A stretch of 64,000 nucleotides of DNA from Anthoceros angustus (taxonomy: Eukaryota > Plantae > Anthocerotophyta), in contig MU008166.1 in NCBI GenBank assembly GCA_010909165.1, positions 806,001 to 870,000 of the forward strand, given 5' to 3'. The first letter of the stretch is position 1. Every line of letters begins with the position of its first letter. This document shows positions 35,680-49,022 of the stretch, piece after piece. The translations under genes and the position numbers were made by a program. The notes under the pieces were generated by a model. That model saw only the letters and a program-made list of their open reading frames with translations, was not told the origin of the DNA and searched no databases.

Positions 35680-37994
35680 TCATTCGCGTGGAATAAGCAA
35701 AAGGCTTGAGAGCGTCAAGTTAGAACTTGTGGTGAGCTTTTGTTCAACATCATTACCAGGTTGTACCTGCAAATTCCAGACCTTTGCCTCAGAATCCTTG
35801 CCTAAGCAAACAGTGAGGCAGGAAGGGCTACCTGCAATCAGACCAGTTCACTCCTTACCGTAAACTGCTGTAAAATGCAGGAAATAAGTGTCATCATTTG
35901 CTGTGTTGCAGCATCCTGGCCAACACAACATCTTGGACCCGAGCCATATGTCATGTACAGAAGACTTGAGCCAGGTTTCTGGAAAGCTGGCCTGCCTGTC
36001 TCCAGAACACCATCAACATTACCTTCCATACCAGTACACGCTCAGAGCCACGGTATCCAATACAGCATCCAACAGTCAGAATGGCCCGGTGTAACTGCAC
36101 TGTGCCAAGTTATAAAGCCAAAACACCTACCTGACTCCAAACCCCGGTTCTCGTTAGGAAGGGCAGTAGATCCTGAACCAGATTCTGACTGGTTGGAACT
36201 CTGGACGGCAGGCGCTGAGAGGAATCTCTCAGGACGAAATTCACTGGCATCCTGACCAGATTCTTGGGTGTCCGTCTGCAGCAATTCAACTGGGACAGAC
36301 AAAATAGCTCCCGCTGGCAGAACAGTGTCCCCTAGCTGCAAATCTGCGTGAAGGCATAGACTTGTGGACAGCTGAACGACACGGAAACTCACACGGTAGT
36401 ATACTAACATATCAGTACCAAACACCTAAATGCCATGTGCTGTGCTACCCTCTACCACCCTTCAGTTGTACTCACCACGGTCCAATGAACACCTAGACAC
36501 CACAGGCCCGCCCGGGGTAAGCCGCGAAGACTCATATAGTGCAGCCTTCAAGTAATGCATCTCCCTAATATTTGCTGCAGTGGGAACGTTCCCTTTGCAA
36601 ATCCCTTCAATCTCTGCGTGGACCTATATTCACAAAGACATCATAGTGTTTTAAAGCACAGACACATTGGAGGCTGACACTACACAACCCGCATAACAAG
36701 AGGTGGGTGAAATGTGGACCTTAGCTTGGACGTCAGGCTCATGTGCAAGTCTTGTCAGAAGGCCATTCATGACGGTTCCAACAGTCCTCAGGCCATGATA
36801 TAGGACAGCCATGACGTGTCCTCTCACCTCATCAGGCGGCATGACGCAAACACTAGGGTCAGCAGGGCGACAAACTAAGTCCTTGATGAAAGGAACATAT
36901 TTGTCTCCACCGGACGCAACAATTGCATCCACTTCATCCAGGTAACAGACCCGTTGATTCACGTCCCCCCTCCTCTGCATCCTTTGCTGCCTACTCAAAC
37001 CCATGATGTCTTCTGCTAAGGCTTGTAACCTCCTACACATCTTCCTGTACTTCCAGTACTCTCTACTCCAGAAAGGCACGACATTGTACTTGGCCCAGAG
37101 ACATGTCTGGGATGAGGTTTCCTCCATCGCACTTTCAAACTCCTGGGCACCGGGCCAGACGAAGAAGCTCTCACCAAAGAGAAACACACATAACGAAGCA
37201 AATGCCATGTGCTGTGCTACCCTTCTGCTGTCCACTGCCCATCCATCTTTCCCAGGCTGGGCCCAATCCTTAACCTGGAAGGCAACCTTCACAGAAATAG
37301 GATGCACGGATTCCACAAGCTTTCCCGTCAGGTGCTCATACAGGTAGAAACGCTTCTGCTTAACCTGCCATAACCATTACACCAGGATGAGAAGAACTCC
37401 ACCGAATCCTTCCACGAAGGCAAAATTAAATGCTCAACAAACCTGAGAATACGAGGCTGTGCAAAGATTTCCTTTCCCGAAAGCATTCTCCACCGCTTTA
37501 CAAATTCTTCTTTCTCGGTCCTTGGCACGGAGCAGCATCTCCTCAGCCAGCTTCCGATCCTTGAGCGAGACAAGCGCCCTAGAAGGCCCAAGCCACACCC
37601 TCACAACAGGACCATACGCCTTATGCAAGGCCCGAAAGTACTCTGCAACCAAGGCACCCTGTCACGCACCAGGTCCAACCACGCACACTCAACGATTTGA
37701 CAACCCTTCACAAGACCCAGTACCTGTAAGGTTCTCGCAGTTTGCATGCTTAGAGAAGTGGGAAGCCGGGGGCCCTGGCAGCCGGCTCGCCTTGATCCAC
37801 AGCAGCCCCAAGCTCACCAGCCTCTTGCTCAGAACCCACGTCACAAAGAAAAAGGCAGCCCAGAGAAGAACATTAATCTCCAGCACGGCATACTGCCACA
37901 TGAGCACAGTTCCCGCAGACGAGTCGTTCTTCTTGGCACATTTGAGAATCCAGCTCGTGTTGATCGTGAACGCTGACACGCCCTCCTGCTCCAT
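35680..37994 (-). CDS. Cytochrome P450, CYP727-like, multi-exon
   Basis: Transmembrane anchor plus LPGPP, YGPVVRVWLGP, I-helix HVMAVLYHG, ExxR (YESSR), FRPERF and heme motif YGSGPRCCVG; family assigned from recall. Confidence 0.88.
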
Positions 37995-38733
37995 AGAGAG
38001 CGGGAGCTCCCAGCCCTCTCCGTACATCGCCCAGCAAGGGCCCGGGCCACAGCCTCCCACGGCACGGCTCAGGAATTCTCACACAATCACATGCCCACCA
38101 GCCCAATCCATTCCCTGTAGTTGCAGCACCCGACAAGCTTCCTTCCCCCCAATTGCACGCTGAAAGGAATCCAGCATCCCAGAGTGGTGGCTGCAACGGA
38201 GAGGGTGCGAGCAGGAGGAGATGGTTCGAAAACTCGTGACGAAGAGCGACCTCGACCTCACAAGCATCTGCCACACGGGCTACGTCTGAGACGGGTGCAT
38301 TCCTGGCTGACATGCTATTTTTACACACACCCGGCTGTCGAGCTTTTCCAGGGCTCTTCTCTCGATTTCACATCGGGCCTTTACGTTCTCACACAATGTA
38401 GCCTCCATCCTAAAGATGTGCGTGATCAGAACAGAGCTCCTCTTGAGTGGGTAGATCATTAATGAGATGCGGTAAAAGGGACGCACTGTTCATCAGAAAG
38501 AAAGGGAGAAAGAGCTTCTTTCTCTTCTGCGCATAAGATATTTTATGTTGGTGACGCACGGCAGTGGATTTGAGAGGTTGGCGAGCTCCCGGTCTGTCTG
38601 TCTTGCTTCCATGGCGGACCGCAAGCCCCGAAGATGTGCGGAAAGGGCAGAGTTCTGTGAGGTGTAGGGAGTTGACGATGCGTGCTCGCGATTGACAGGA
38701 GGCGCGAGCGGACGGCGTGCTGAGGACTGTGCG

Positions 38734-39675
38734 ATGGCGGCTCGTGTGGGGGCAGGAATTCAAGCGGGTGGTGCAGCGGCTTCTTTGGCGACGCCTTCCG
38801 GGAGCTTGCAACGGACGAGCAGGAGTTCTGCCTTCTTCCGGCCTAGGACGGGGTGCACGCTGAGATTGGCAGCCTCGTCGTCCAGCTCCACGGCCTGGAG
38901 TGAGCGGAGGAGGACGTTCTCGTGTTCGTGTTCGGCGGAGCAGAGCGAGCCGGGCCCGAGTGGGAGCAAGGGCGGGAAGGAGGAGCCTCCGGAGGATGAG
39001 GACGATGATCTGTTGGCTAAGGTACAGGGAATCGACTGGCGGGCGTTCCGGGCGAGGCTAGTGCAGGGGAGTGAGCTGCAACTGCAACCGCGCTGGGCGC
39101 ACCCGCTAGTGGAGCCGGAGAAAGGATGCCTGCTCATCGCGCATCCGACTGCCTTCGGCATCCGGCAGCCTTACTTCAACCAGGCCGTGATCTTCCTGTT
39201 CGCGCATGACAAGGAGGGGAGTGCGGGGTTCATCTTGAACCGGCCTACGGAGTACAAGCTAGGGCAGCTGGCGGGGTTTGAGAAGTACATGCCGGAGTTC
39301 TACCACTCGCCGTTGTACATGGGAGGGGATGTTGGGAACGATTTGACGCAGGTTATTCATGGCGTTCCGGAGATGGAGGATTCCAAGGAGATCATCCCGG
39401 GAGTTTACCTTGGGGGGTTTGGCCGGATCAAGGATAGCGTGAGTAAAGGAGTGAGCAAGGCCAGTGATTACCGCTGGTTTCTAGGCTACTGCGGCTGGCG
39501 GCCAGGGCAGCTGGAGAGGGAAGTGGCGCATGGTGTGTGGTACCTAGCATCCAGTTCCAAAGACATTGTGACTGACCAGTGCATCAAGCTTGAGAGGCCC
39601 CTCTGGAGGCAGGTCTTGGAGCTCATGGGAGGGCAGTATGCTGATATCTCGAAGCGGGCTTATGGTGAGATCTAG
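38734..39675 (+). CDS. UPF0301/AlgH (DUF179) family protein, plastid-targeted
   Basis: S/R-rich transit peptide; DWRAFRARL, GCLLIA, GFILNRP, LYMGGDVG and FLGYCGWRPGQLERE motifs. Confidence 0.93.
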   Translation: MAARVGAGIQAGGAAASLATPSGSLQRTSRSSAFFRPRTGCTLRLAASSSSSTAWSERRRTFSCSCSAEQSEPGPSGSKGGKEEPPEDEDDDLLAKVQGIDWRAFRARLVQGSELQLQPRWAHPLVEPEKGCLLIAHPTAFGIRQPYFNQAVIFLFAHDKEGSAGFILNRPTEYKLGQLAGFEKYMPEFYHSPLYMGGDVGNDLTQVIHGVPEMEDSKEIIPGVYLGGFGRIKDSVSKGVSKASDYRWFLGYCGWRPGQLEREVAHGVWYLASSSKDIVTDQCIKLERPLWRQVLELMGGQYADISKRAYGEI

Positions 39676-40389
39676 CCAAAGCTCGCTTCAGCAGGTGCAG
39701 TGTTTCCGTCAAATAATCCTGACTCGTCCTATTTATTCCTTTACGATGTATCATATAATGGGGAGGGGAGTGTGGTTGTTCACGTCGACAAGCTGTAGAT
39801 AGTTTTGTGTAAGCTACCCTTGAGGTGCTTTGTTTCCGTAGACTGAATGTGGCCTGGTTATAGTCATCAATGAGTGTTTGGTCTGTTCTGAGCTTTGCTG
39901 CCAGACTTGCTGGACAACATTAGCCAGCTGCTGGTTTCCTCAAGCGGACGGGCTGGACCTCAACGACATCCTCCAGCACTGAAGGGCCGAAATTGTCGTT
40001 CTCTGGATGGCTTTCCCAATTTGAAACGTTGAACAGCAATGTGAAGGTGCAGGAACAGACCACTCCTGACTGTATTTGAAGACGAATACGGAACACTATG
40101 ATGAAATCCAGTGAACTGAAGAGTCCACCGGGACAAAGAGATCAGGGACATCGTGAAATCCTTAGGTGGCAAGCTGAAAACTCTGCTGTGTAGCGAAATA
40201 TTAACAATGACATCGTTTATCTGGACGGATAGAATCCACCCAAACAGAGGGTCCACCAGAGGCTCTCCTGTGTGGTTCCCTCAAGACGGGCTACAAGATG
40301 GGAACGTGCAAGTGAAGAATATACTACAGTGACATTATCCTGCATGAATTGATGTTATGCACGGTAGTACTCCGCACTGTACTGGAAAC

Positions 40390-42649
40390 CTACTTGTCCA
40401 CACTGTTTGCGGTTGGGGCCGGGCCTGCGAAATCAGCGCAAGTGCCAATCTGGATCAGTGATGCTACTAAATTCAGAAGAAGACAAACATGTGCAAATTC
40501 CATGGCGGATGGTGCTGCCCAAAATGTATACCTTACTTTGGAGCTGTCAAATGATATGGCATCATCTTGGAAGTCCAGGGAGTTTTGCAATGCATGGCCA
40601 CCTGAATCATGCTCTCTCTTGTCCAACACCTCGCAGTCGATGTTAGGAGTCTTACTCGAATTAAAAAAGTCTTCAATGGAAGAAGAGTTGGTCCATCCAG
40701 AAGCCATCATATCTGCCTTGTCCAGAGTTTGCTTGAAGCGTGACCCGATCATGGTGTCTGAGGAGCTCTCGCTTGAACTTGATGAAGAGTCAATAGATGC
40801 TCTGCAGTCCATTGGCCTGGAGCTGGCTGAACTTGGGGAAGACTCCACGGATTCCACTTCCACGTCTCGAAACAAGGAGGGCGAGGGAGACGCACTTCTG
40901 TTGTTCATCACTGTGGTGCCGATACCGGCACTAGGTGATGTATGATAGAGCAGTGAGGGCTTGACAAAAGGGTCCACACTTTTGTTAGAAAGTTTCACTG
41001 CGGGAGAGAAAAGAATACTGGTAAGGCATGGAATTGCTCTCTGATCACACAGACTGCGAAGCAAAACAAACCAGGAGCTTACATTCGCTGGATGGGTGAG
41101 AGGGGGAGGCCTGAAGAGGAGGCAGTTTCCGACGGGAATCCAATGCCGGCAATGTTGGGCTCTCGATCGAGAAACTGAACCCAGCAGTTGCATTTGTATT
41201 CGCACTCGCATTCGCATTAGTGTAGGCATTTGCATTTGCAACAGGACTCTTCTTTGTTATCTCCTGAACAGTAAGGCATGCTCCATGGATCAGAGACAGT
41301 CGACATTCCTGAAAGGCAAAACAGCGAGAGATACGAGTCTGGACTGCTACCTCTGGAGTGGACGGTGCAGAAGCAACCGAACGATGCACAGCAGTGATCT
41401 TCCTCCCGTCCGCGTTCATCACATACTCCGTGGTGCTGTTGGTGACATTCACAATCCTGGGCGAGATTGTGGACCTGCCGATGCCAGCCTTTTGTTTGCC
41501 ACCGGGTGATTTGGTTTGGGTGTTCACTGGTCTCATGATACCTGTGGTTTCGGGTTCCGTGAGGTAGTTGGGAACAAAACTATGCACGTAGTCTATGGTT
41601 GTGTAGTGGGAGTTGGTGACCCTCACGTGACCTCCGTTGCAACTAGAGACAGTGTGCTGCTGATCGGCGATCTCAGTGTGACCTGAAACCCTGGGACGGA
41701 TGGAGTGGGCGAATACAGGTTCTGTGGTTCGAAGCACTGCGTTGTGTTCCACACCATCTTCAGCCTGTGAGGTGAATCCATTCGGGAAGTGGGAACCACC
41801 AGTCAGGTGACTCAGGGCCTCAGGTTGCTGAACCACAGTGACAGAGGTGATTCTGATGGCCTTGGGCTGGACTCCGCTGCCAATTCTGATGAGAGGCGGC
41901 TTGCCAACGCCTGTAGGTGGCGTAGCAGCTGCTGACTGGGGTGCTGAATTGGATGGCGCATATGCATCTGTGAAATGGAAGCCGGCTGGCCCAGGAGGGG
42001 TGTGTCTGCGTCCAGTTAATGGAGAGTTTGGAGCAGTAGCACACTTGCTCTGACTCGTCTGCAGAAAGGAGAGGTCATATGATCAGTACGCGGAGGAAAT
42101 GCCTGCCGTCAAAGTGCTCTACACTGTGAGGAAATGCCAAGCTACCTGATGAACATGACCTGCACTTTCTCCACCGCTGCTCCCACACTTCCCGTTAGCA
42201 TTGAAGAAACCTGGAGTTCCGGGAGAGGCTGTCAGTCTGTTCACCACCTCCTGGCCAGCAAATCCAAGCTCACTATCCTGATTTCGCTCGAGGTCTGCAG
42301 CAACAGAAGATACTGCAGTTCCTGACCACCCACTGCTTATCAACTGAGCAGGACTTGGGTGTGCTTTGCTGTTATCACATGCAATCTCATTGATTTCCTC
42401 GCCTGGTGTGCTCTTTCCTTCGGGGCTCTTGTGTAAGATGACGAGATTGGAGTGTGAGGATAACTCCGGACCATCAGGAGGCGATGCAGATCGACTGTTG
42501 CTGCATGATGAGTCAGTTGCAACGGCTGCAGTTGGCGCTGTGCTTGATACTGAAGCTGACTCTGGACTGCAAGAACTCGTTGCCGGCCTGCCTGATTTTT
42601 TCACAGGGTGAGGCTCCAAGACTATGGTCTTTGATACTTTGCAACCCAT
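40390..42649 (-). CDS. Uncharacterised low-complexity S/P/T-rich protein with an N-terminal MGCKVSK acylation signal; exon boundaries approximate
   Basis: Chain of long minus-strand ORFs (42649-42119, 41836-41045, 41241-40390); no domain recognised. Confidence 0.6.
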
Positions 42650-44869
42650 ACTGCATACCTCAAACTTTGTGTGCCTACAGATGATGTCATACAAACCTAG
42701 CATAATTGGTGGATGCGTACCGAATGTTTGCACACCAAACCTCAAAGCAATCACCCATCAGCCTTCAGACCAGTGCGTCTGCTCACCTTAAATACTTCAG
42801 TTTCAGATTTGGAAACGTCACCCATGGCTAGCTCACCTTCTTCGCAAAAACTTGCTGCTCTGATTCGGTATAGATTTTTGCCACTAATACTAGAATCTCT
42901 CTCCCATGTGATGGAATCACGCTCCTGTGTCCTGCAGAAGTACCGCTCTGGTCAGCACAACTTTCATTCCGGCATTGAAGAAATCAACTCTGTGACGATG
43001 GAATATACCGACAGGAGTAATGCGATGCCACACAAGGACGCCACAGGACCCGGTCCGACAAATGCAGAAAACCTGCGAATTTAATTAGGTTTCTGGAGAC
43101 GGTTAACGATCAAACACATTCTTCGACGCAACCTTTCAGAGGAAAACCACCATGAACAGTTGCACGCCGCTTCCTATGTAGGTACCAATCCCGATAACGT
43201 GAGCGCAACAGCCCCAGTCACATGGATTTCATTCACGGATGATATGCGGAAGGCAAACAATACCCCGGAACATTACATTCCATACAGTATTGGGTACAGA
43301 AAGATGGAACTTACAGAGAAGGTACCCAAAGAAGCCCAACAATGTAGGTTATCAAGTCGCCGCGAGTCGATGCTAACACCAAGACAATTCAAAGAAGGCA
43401 ACCAAGGATTCTATGTGGGTGTGTGCCCTGTCAACAGAGCGTGGGGTCTACGCGTACGCGACAGGGTCACGACGACAGGCGGGAAAGGAGAGATCGACAA
43501 AATACAGGCCCCCAGGTCTCCCAGGTCCCCCAGGACCTCCAGGACAAAGAAAGACCCTGTGCCTGGAAGGCGGTAAGGAAGAACTGACTTGGACTTGTTT
43601 CCCTGTCTACCTTGTCCCAGATGAGGAGGAGACGAAACAGAGGAAGAAAGAAAACAACTGGCAAACGTTACTGGATGTGTACTGGATTTCGATGTCACTG
43701 AGTTCTAACCGAGGAAAGCCGGTCCCTAAAGGACACCGCAGTTAAGCACAGTCGGGTTTAGAATGCATTTCATTTCAGATGAGATGCCAGTACCCGATGT
43801 CCTGAAGCAGGAAGCAGACGGTAATTGTCTCAAGTGACAGCAAATGCTTGCCAAGTGGAAAACAACAAAGACATGAACTCCACTGCGTGGTGGTGTAGCG
43901 TAATGGACATCGTTCTCACAACAAGATTCGCAAGCCATGAAATTATCTGACAATTTCATATCAGCCGCATGTGATAGGAGCAGCAAAGTCCATTCCTTCC
44001 GCTGAAAATAGCCCGCTCATGTATTTTGACAGGCATAGCAAGCAATCAGTGCATCCCAAGTGACAAGGTCTGATTTGGCCAACACCTCATGCAAGGCTAC
44101 ATACAGCGCATCAACCATGTCCCCAGATTCAAGCCCAAAGCCCATGATTTGCTTACCCAGCTACCAGGGCAATCCATGTGACCATATCCTTTGTGACCAT
44201 TTGCCAGGCTGTCAAAAACCCTGCGTGCATCCCCGAGTTCGTCACATTTTGCATACATGTCCACCACGCAGTTGCCACCAAGCTAGCTGGGAAGACTGTA
44301 ACTGTGCCACACGTTAAAGTGGACTTCAAATTCTGTCACACGAGTCAGGAGTGATGCCGCCTCCATCAACTTCCTCCGTGAACACACATTGCTTGAAGGT
44401 TAGCGTGAACTAAGTGTGACCAAGTAAAGAAACTTGGGACGCACAGATCTTGAAGGCCTTGCGCCAAACGGTCTCGCACCCGAAAAATCGGCTTCTCCTA
44501 TTCGACGGGACCGACTCCTCATATGAAACGAGCTTTTTAACCTAATGTTTAGATAATTCTCTATTTGCTAATCCTATTCCGTTTCACCCCTAAGTCTCAC
44601 TCCTTTACAAACCCAATTTCGCTGTGGGGTCCTTCTTGGCTTGCTCTCTTTCAACTTGCAGCTGTGGGCCCCTCTTGATAACTTTGGATGCACTTGGCTC
44701 GCTGTTCTGCAGGTGGGTAGCGTATCGCTACGCATGATGCCATCAGGGACGTCATGTTCTCTATTCCTAGGGAAGATGGGATCCTTCCATTTAAGGAGCG
44801 CCCTTATACCCTACACAACGGGATTTCGATTAGGGCTGATTTATTTTTGGCCCGGAGGATCAGGTTTCG

Positions 44870-45280
44870 GTTGCTGATGTGGTTGTAACCGATCCCACCC
44901 GGGACAGTGTCTGCGAACATGTTATTCTTAACCGTCCAGGCTGGGCGGCGGAGGGATGCACGATGGCTAAGGTCCACAAGTCATGGAGGACGGCAAAGCC
45001 ATGGGCAAGGATTTCTCTAGGTTCATCAAGGCCTGCGCCAAGGCTTATCATAGCCGCAAGAATGGGGTTGGCCTCCCCCTTTCTTGTATTGTTGCTTTCT
45101 TCCGGCAGAGGGTTTTCATCCCTCTGCAGAGAGCGTTGGCCAATGCAATGCACAAAACGACAGCGAGCGCAGGAGATGCAACTTCTTCGACGCTGGTGGT
45201 AAGTAGGCCTTTTCACATCCCTGACCACGACGTTCTTCGGGCGGTTCGTAGTTTTGAAATGCATGATCGTGGGGGCTAGT
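44870..45280 (+). mobile_element. CRE/R2-like non-LTR retroelement restriction-like endonuclease C-terminus, fragment
   Basis: ADVVVTDPT...AK, then MGKDFSRFIK...FFRQRVFIPLQRALANAM. Confidence 0.6.
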
Positions 45281-45949
45281 CCCCCTGGCATGGTGCCCTT
45301 CGTTGGGTTTTTTCCGCTTTGTTTTTGGGGTGGATGGGTTTTTCCCATTTCTATAATAAAGTCTTCTTATCCACTTACAAACCCACTTGTGATATGTGAC
45401 CAATTTAGAGGCCAAGAACATGCCATCACATTATATATCACAACGAAAATAATTAATAATTTTATTTAAATAATATTATATTATAAAATAAATTTATATA
45501 ATTAAATATCGATAATTAGATGCAAGTAATCCAGTTGGATGTTATACCACATTATGACCAGCCCACTATTCTTACTTTAGATGTTGCACCATAGTGTACA
45601 CATTACTCCACTTTTACTTGAAAATTTCATGTTCAAGGTAACAAGCTTGCCAGGTAGCTCTGAATTAAGGGTTTTGGCCACATAATCTTGCATAGAACAT
45701 TATCTTTCAAACTAGGCTCATATTTGTGATAGTTGTATAGGTTTTAGCAATACTTAGTGTATTATAAGAGCTAATGACTTTTTGACCCCTTTGCTCATCT
45801 TTCAACCTTCAAAACTTTATGTCAAATTTTGTGTCGTCCTACTAAGCGAACACGCAAACTCCCACATAATTTTGGATAAAACATCGTTGTAGAGTCAATT
45901 TCAGGGGGTTGTACGTATCCTTGTTCAACAAACAACTCAGCTCGGCTTT

Positions 45950-47190
45950 TCAGTCCATCCTTGTAGACCCTTCTATTCCGAGGACCAAATGTTAGAGTAG
46001 GCAAGACCCCAAGAAAGTTTGCAGGCTATTAAAATCCGTTTGACAACGTGAAGCAATTTGCCTAGGTATGGAACGAAACTATTGATCTGCATCTCAAGAA
46101 ATGTAGTTTCAGACCTCTCACCGCCGACACCAGTGTTTATATGTTGAAGACCAAGGATAAGTTTTTCATCGTCGCATTCTATGCAACTAAGGATAATTGT
46201 GGTGGAAGGGTTCAGGGCTGGGGCGCCGGCCGGCCGGTGCCCCAAACCACCTGCACCTTCCTTGAATCTTATAAACCAGTCCGGATCTGGCGTTGGCAGC
46301 TCTTGGGGTACCTGTACATGACCTGGGGCGCCGGCCGGCCGGCGCCCCAGCCGCGCATCCGGGTCATATTGCATGGTCGGAACCATCACGGAAGGAGTCG
46401 GAGTTAGAACATTGGGAAGGTCTTCAGGACCTTCCCAATGTTCTAACTCCGACTCATCTATCATTCAGTATGTGAAAGATCTTTTGTCTCAGGAAAATGA
46501 TGTCATGGACATCGGCCCTCTTCGCTATGCACTTGGTGCGTAGTTTGAGCTTCGACCAAAAGAGCTTCATCCATCAACAATACTACGTGCATCAATTGCT
46601 TGACATGTTTCAACTCAGAGACGCCAAGCTAGTGTTAATACCAATTGCTGCAAGAGTTAAAGATAAATTTCAGCAGAAGACTGCCCAACCACTCCAGAGG
46701 TCGCGAAAGAGATGACCGTACCTTACAGTGAAGCCATGGGCAGCCTCCTCTACCTCTCTATCTGGACCAGGCCTGACAACGCCAAGGCAGTCAACATCAC
46801 ACCTCGATACCTTCCGAATCGTGGAAGAGCACACTGGACTTACGTCAAGCAAATCCTTCACTACTTGAAAGGAAGGTCACTTAGACTCACATGTAGAGGT
46901 GATGGATCAACTAAATTGAAGCTAACCTCATTTTCAAACGCAGATTAGGAAGGAGACCCCGATGCTAGGAGGTCCACTCCAACCTATTACATGATGAACA
47001 ATCACTCTGCCATCTCCTGGACCTGCAAGGAGATACAAACAGTACACACACATCATCTAGTATAGAAGCCGAGTACGCAGCAACCACACTTGCCACCGAA
47101 GAGATACTTTGGATCAGGAAGTTTTTGCACAATATTCAGGAGAAGCAAAATGAGCCCACGGAGTTGATGTGCAACAATCAATCAACTATT
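45950..47190 (+). mobile_element. Degenerate Ty1/copia RT-RNase H
   Basis: CRLLKS, WNETID, ADTSVY, PYSEAMGSLLYLSIWTRPD, HWTYVKQILHYLKG, FSNAD, SSIEAEYAA and CNNQSTI. Confidence 0.9.
46183..46455. repeat. Palindrome-rich insert in the copia RT
   Basis: 28-bp perfect palindrome at 46323-46350, a near copy at 46219-46246, and a 28-bp-stem hairpin at 46395-46455. Confidence 0.9.
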
Positions 47191-47199
47191 GGCTCGTCT

Positions 47200-47640
47200 A
47201 TGCATACAGGGATTTCGACCTGTGAATGCGACTCTGCCCTTGCTGCATTTTGAACCATATCTTGCTCGTCGTCCTAATGAGGGACAACGTATTGCCACAC
47301 ATGATACCATTTGTGATACCATGTTTGCAATGACTCTCAAAGGTGGTTACATGGCTTGGAGAGAGCGTTGGTATGTTTGACGTACAGGTCGACGATTACG
47401 GTGAACTTGTACCTCGTCCAATGTAACCAAATCTCAATGGTAGACGTGGTGGCAACTGGCTTCACGAGGACTCCACCTCTGAACAGGTCATCCTAAACCG
47501 TCCAATTGAGTGGCAGCTGGAGCGGGCAACTAGAGAGGTCACTAGGTTATAATAGGGGAATGAAGGCTGGCTACCTCTTCATTCCACTTGCCTTAGAGAC
47601 TCATAGGGTGTTGGCTAAGGACTTTGATAAATGGGTATAA
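47200..47640 (+). mobile_element. Second CRE-like fragment (His-containing zinc-knuckle region plus RLE)
   Basis: GQRIATHDTICD...AWRE, VDVVAT...VILNRP (similar to 44870-44940) and YLFIPLALETHRVL. Confidence 0.6.
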
Positions 47641-49022
47641 GATTTTTCTTTCTTTTTCTTAACAAAAATTATTGATAGATAGTTAAAGAGTTTCTTATTA
47701 TAGAGATCATAATCTAAAGAGGCCCGGGAGCATATATACACATAGGATATTGGGTACCTATGCAAAACTTAAACTTTCTGGGAATACCTACATGAAGAAG
47801 AAAAAGAAATCGTCTATCATAATCCACTTGATGAAATTTTTTATTCAATATTTTTCATTCCACTACCATGGGATTTTTCATTCCACTACCATGGGATTTT
47901 TCATTCATTGACCTGACTTGTAGTTAACAACTTGTACCTGATAAAAGGACCTACAAATGTCCTTCACCTCCTATTGTTTTCGATAGAGAGAGACTTCATG
48001 TAGAAAGAAAAGAGATAAACACCAACTACTGTTTCATAAGCCGAATAGGTATTAAATTTCTAAAGCTTACAATTGCCGCAGTTCAAGTCTACGTACAAGT
48101 TAGTTGACGTGTGCCGTACATCCAGGTACAGTCGACCGTCCGCGTGCGCTTAGAAGTAGTGGAAGGAGCCTAGAGGGTTAAGCTGACCGGGAATGACATC
48201 ACAAAGTAACCGGTTATTCTCCGGTGACGTGGGCCTCCAAGTTTTACGCGCCTGGCCAGTCGAGCCAGACGCCTGCCTGCTCTTTCTGCCTTCCCCGAAG
48301 TGGCAGATGCGATGGTCTAGCTGCCGGTCTCAGTTACAACCTTACCATCTTACATTCCTGGGTGTCGCCTAGATTTGCCGTTGTCCGCTGTATCTACGAC
48401 TGTGTCCTCGCCGTATCGTATCTGCAGGCGTGAGCTCCTATTCTTCCCCTCGGTCTTGGCTGCCTTTTCTCTTGTCTGCCGAGACTGTGGATCTTGAGCT
48501 CCGGAAGGTGCTGCTTGGCGGGCGGCGGCGTGCTGGACCTGGGGTCCTGGAGAGCCTGCGCTGTGGCCTGCGGGTTCTGGCGGCAAGGCGATAGTTCCGA
48601 GGATTTGGGGCGTGGAGCAGTTTGCCGCCTCTGATATGATGCGGGGAAGGACTGGGTTGAAGGTTTGATGGTGGCAAGGGTGCCGTTTATAATTATGACG
48701 GCGGGGGGAGGTTTTGGGCGGCTTCGTTGGTGAATTTGCATTCCGGGAGCCGCGGGGTCGGTGCAGGTGGAGAATTGCTGGGGAGAGGAGTTGGCTCGGG
48801 TGGATCGCTTTAGAGGGTAGCTGTGGAGAGGCGGCTTGGCTGGAAGTGGTTGTGAAGTGGCTCCGCACGGGGAGATTGTGTGGGGGTGAGCGGGAGGTGG
48901 AGGAAGACGTTGGAGGTAGAGGAAGAGTTTGGCTCGCGCTAATTTTGCTGGAGGTCGGGGCGCCTTGGAACCCTAGTCTGTGACAGTATGTCGTGAAGGG
49001 AAGGTGTGGGAGGTGTGGAAGC

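Noticed and set aside
40349-40945. 198-aa plus-strand ORF
   Set aside because: Antisense to the S/D-rich minus-strand exon, with no independent evidence
40390-42649. CDK-like kinase suggested by the MGC..SK start and MASGW
   Set aside because: No kinase subdomain motifs (GxGxxG, HRD, DFG) found
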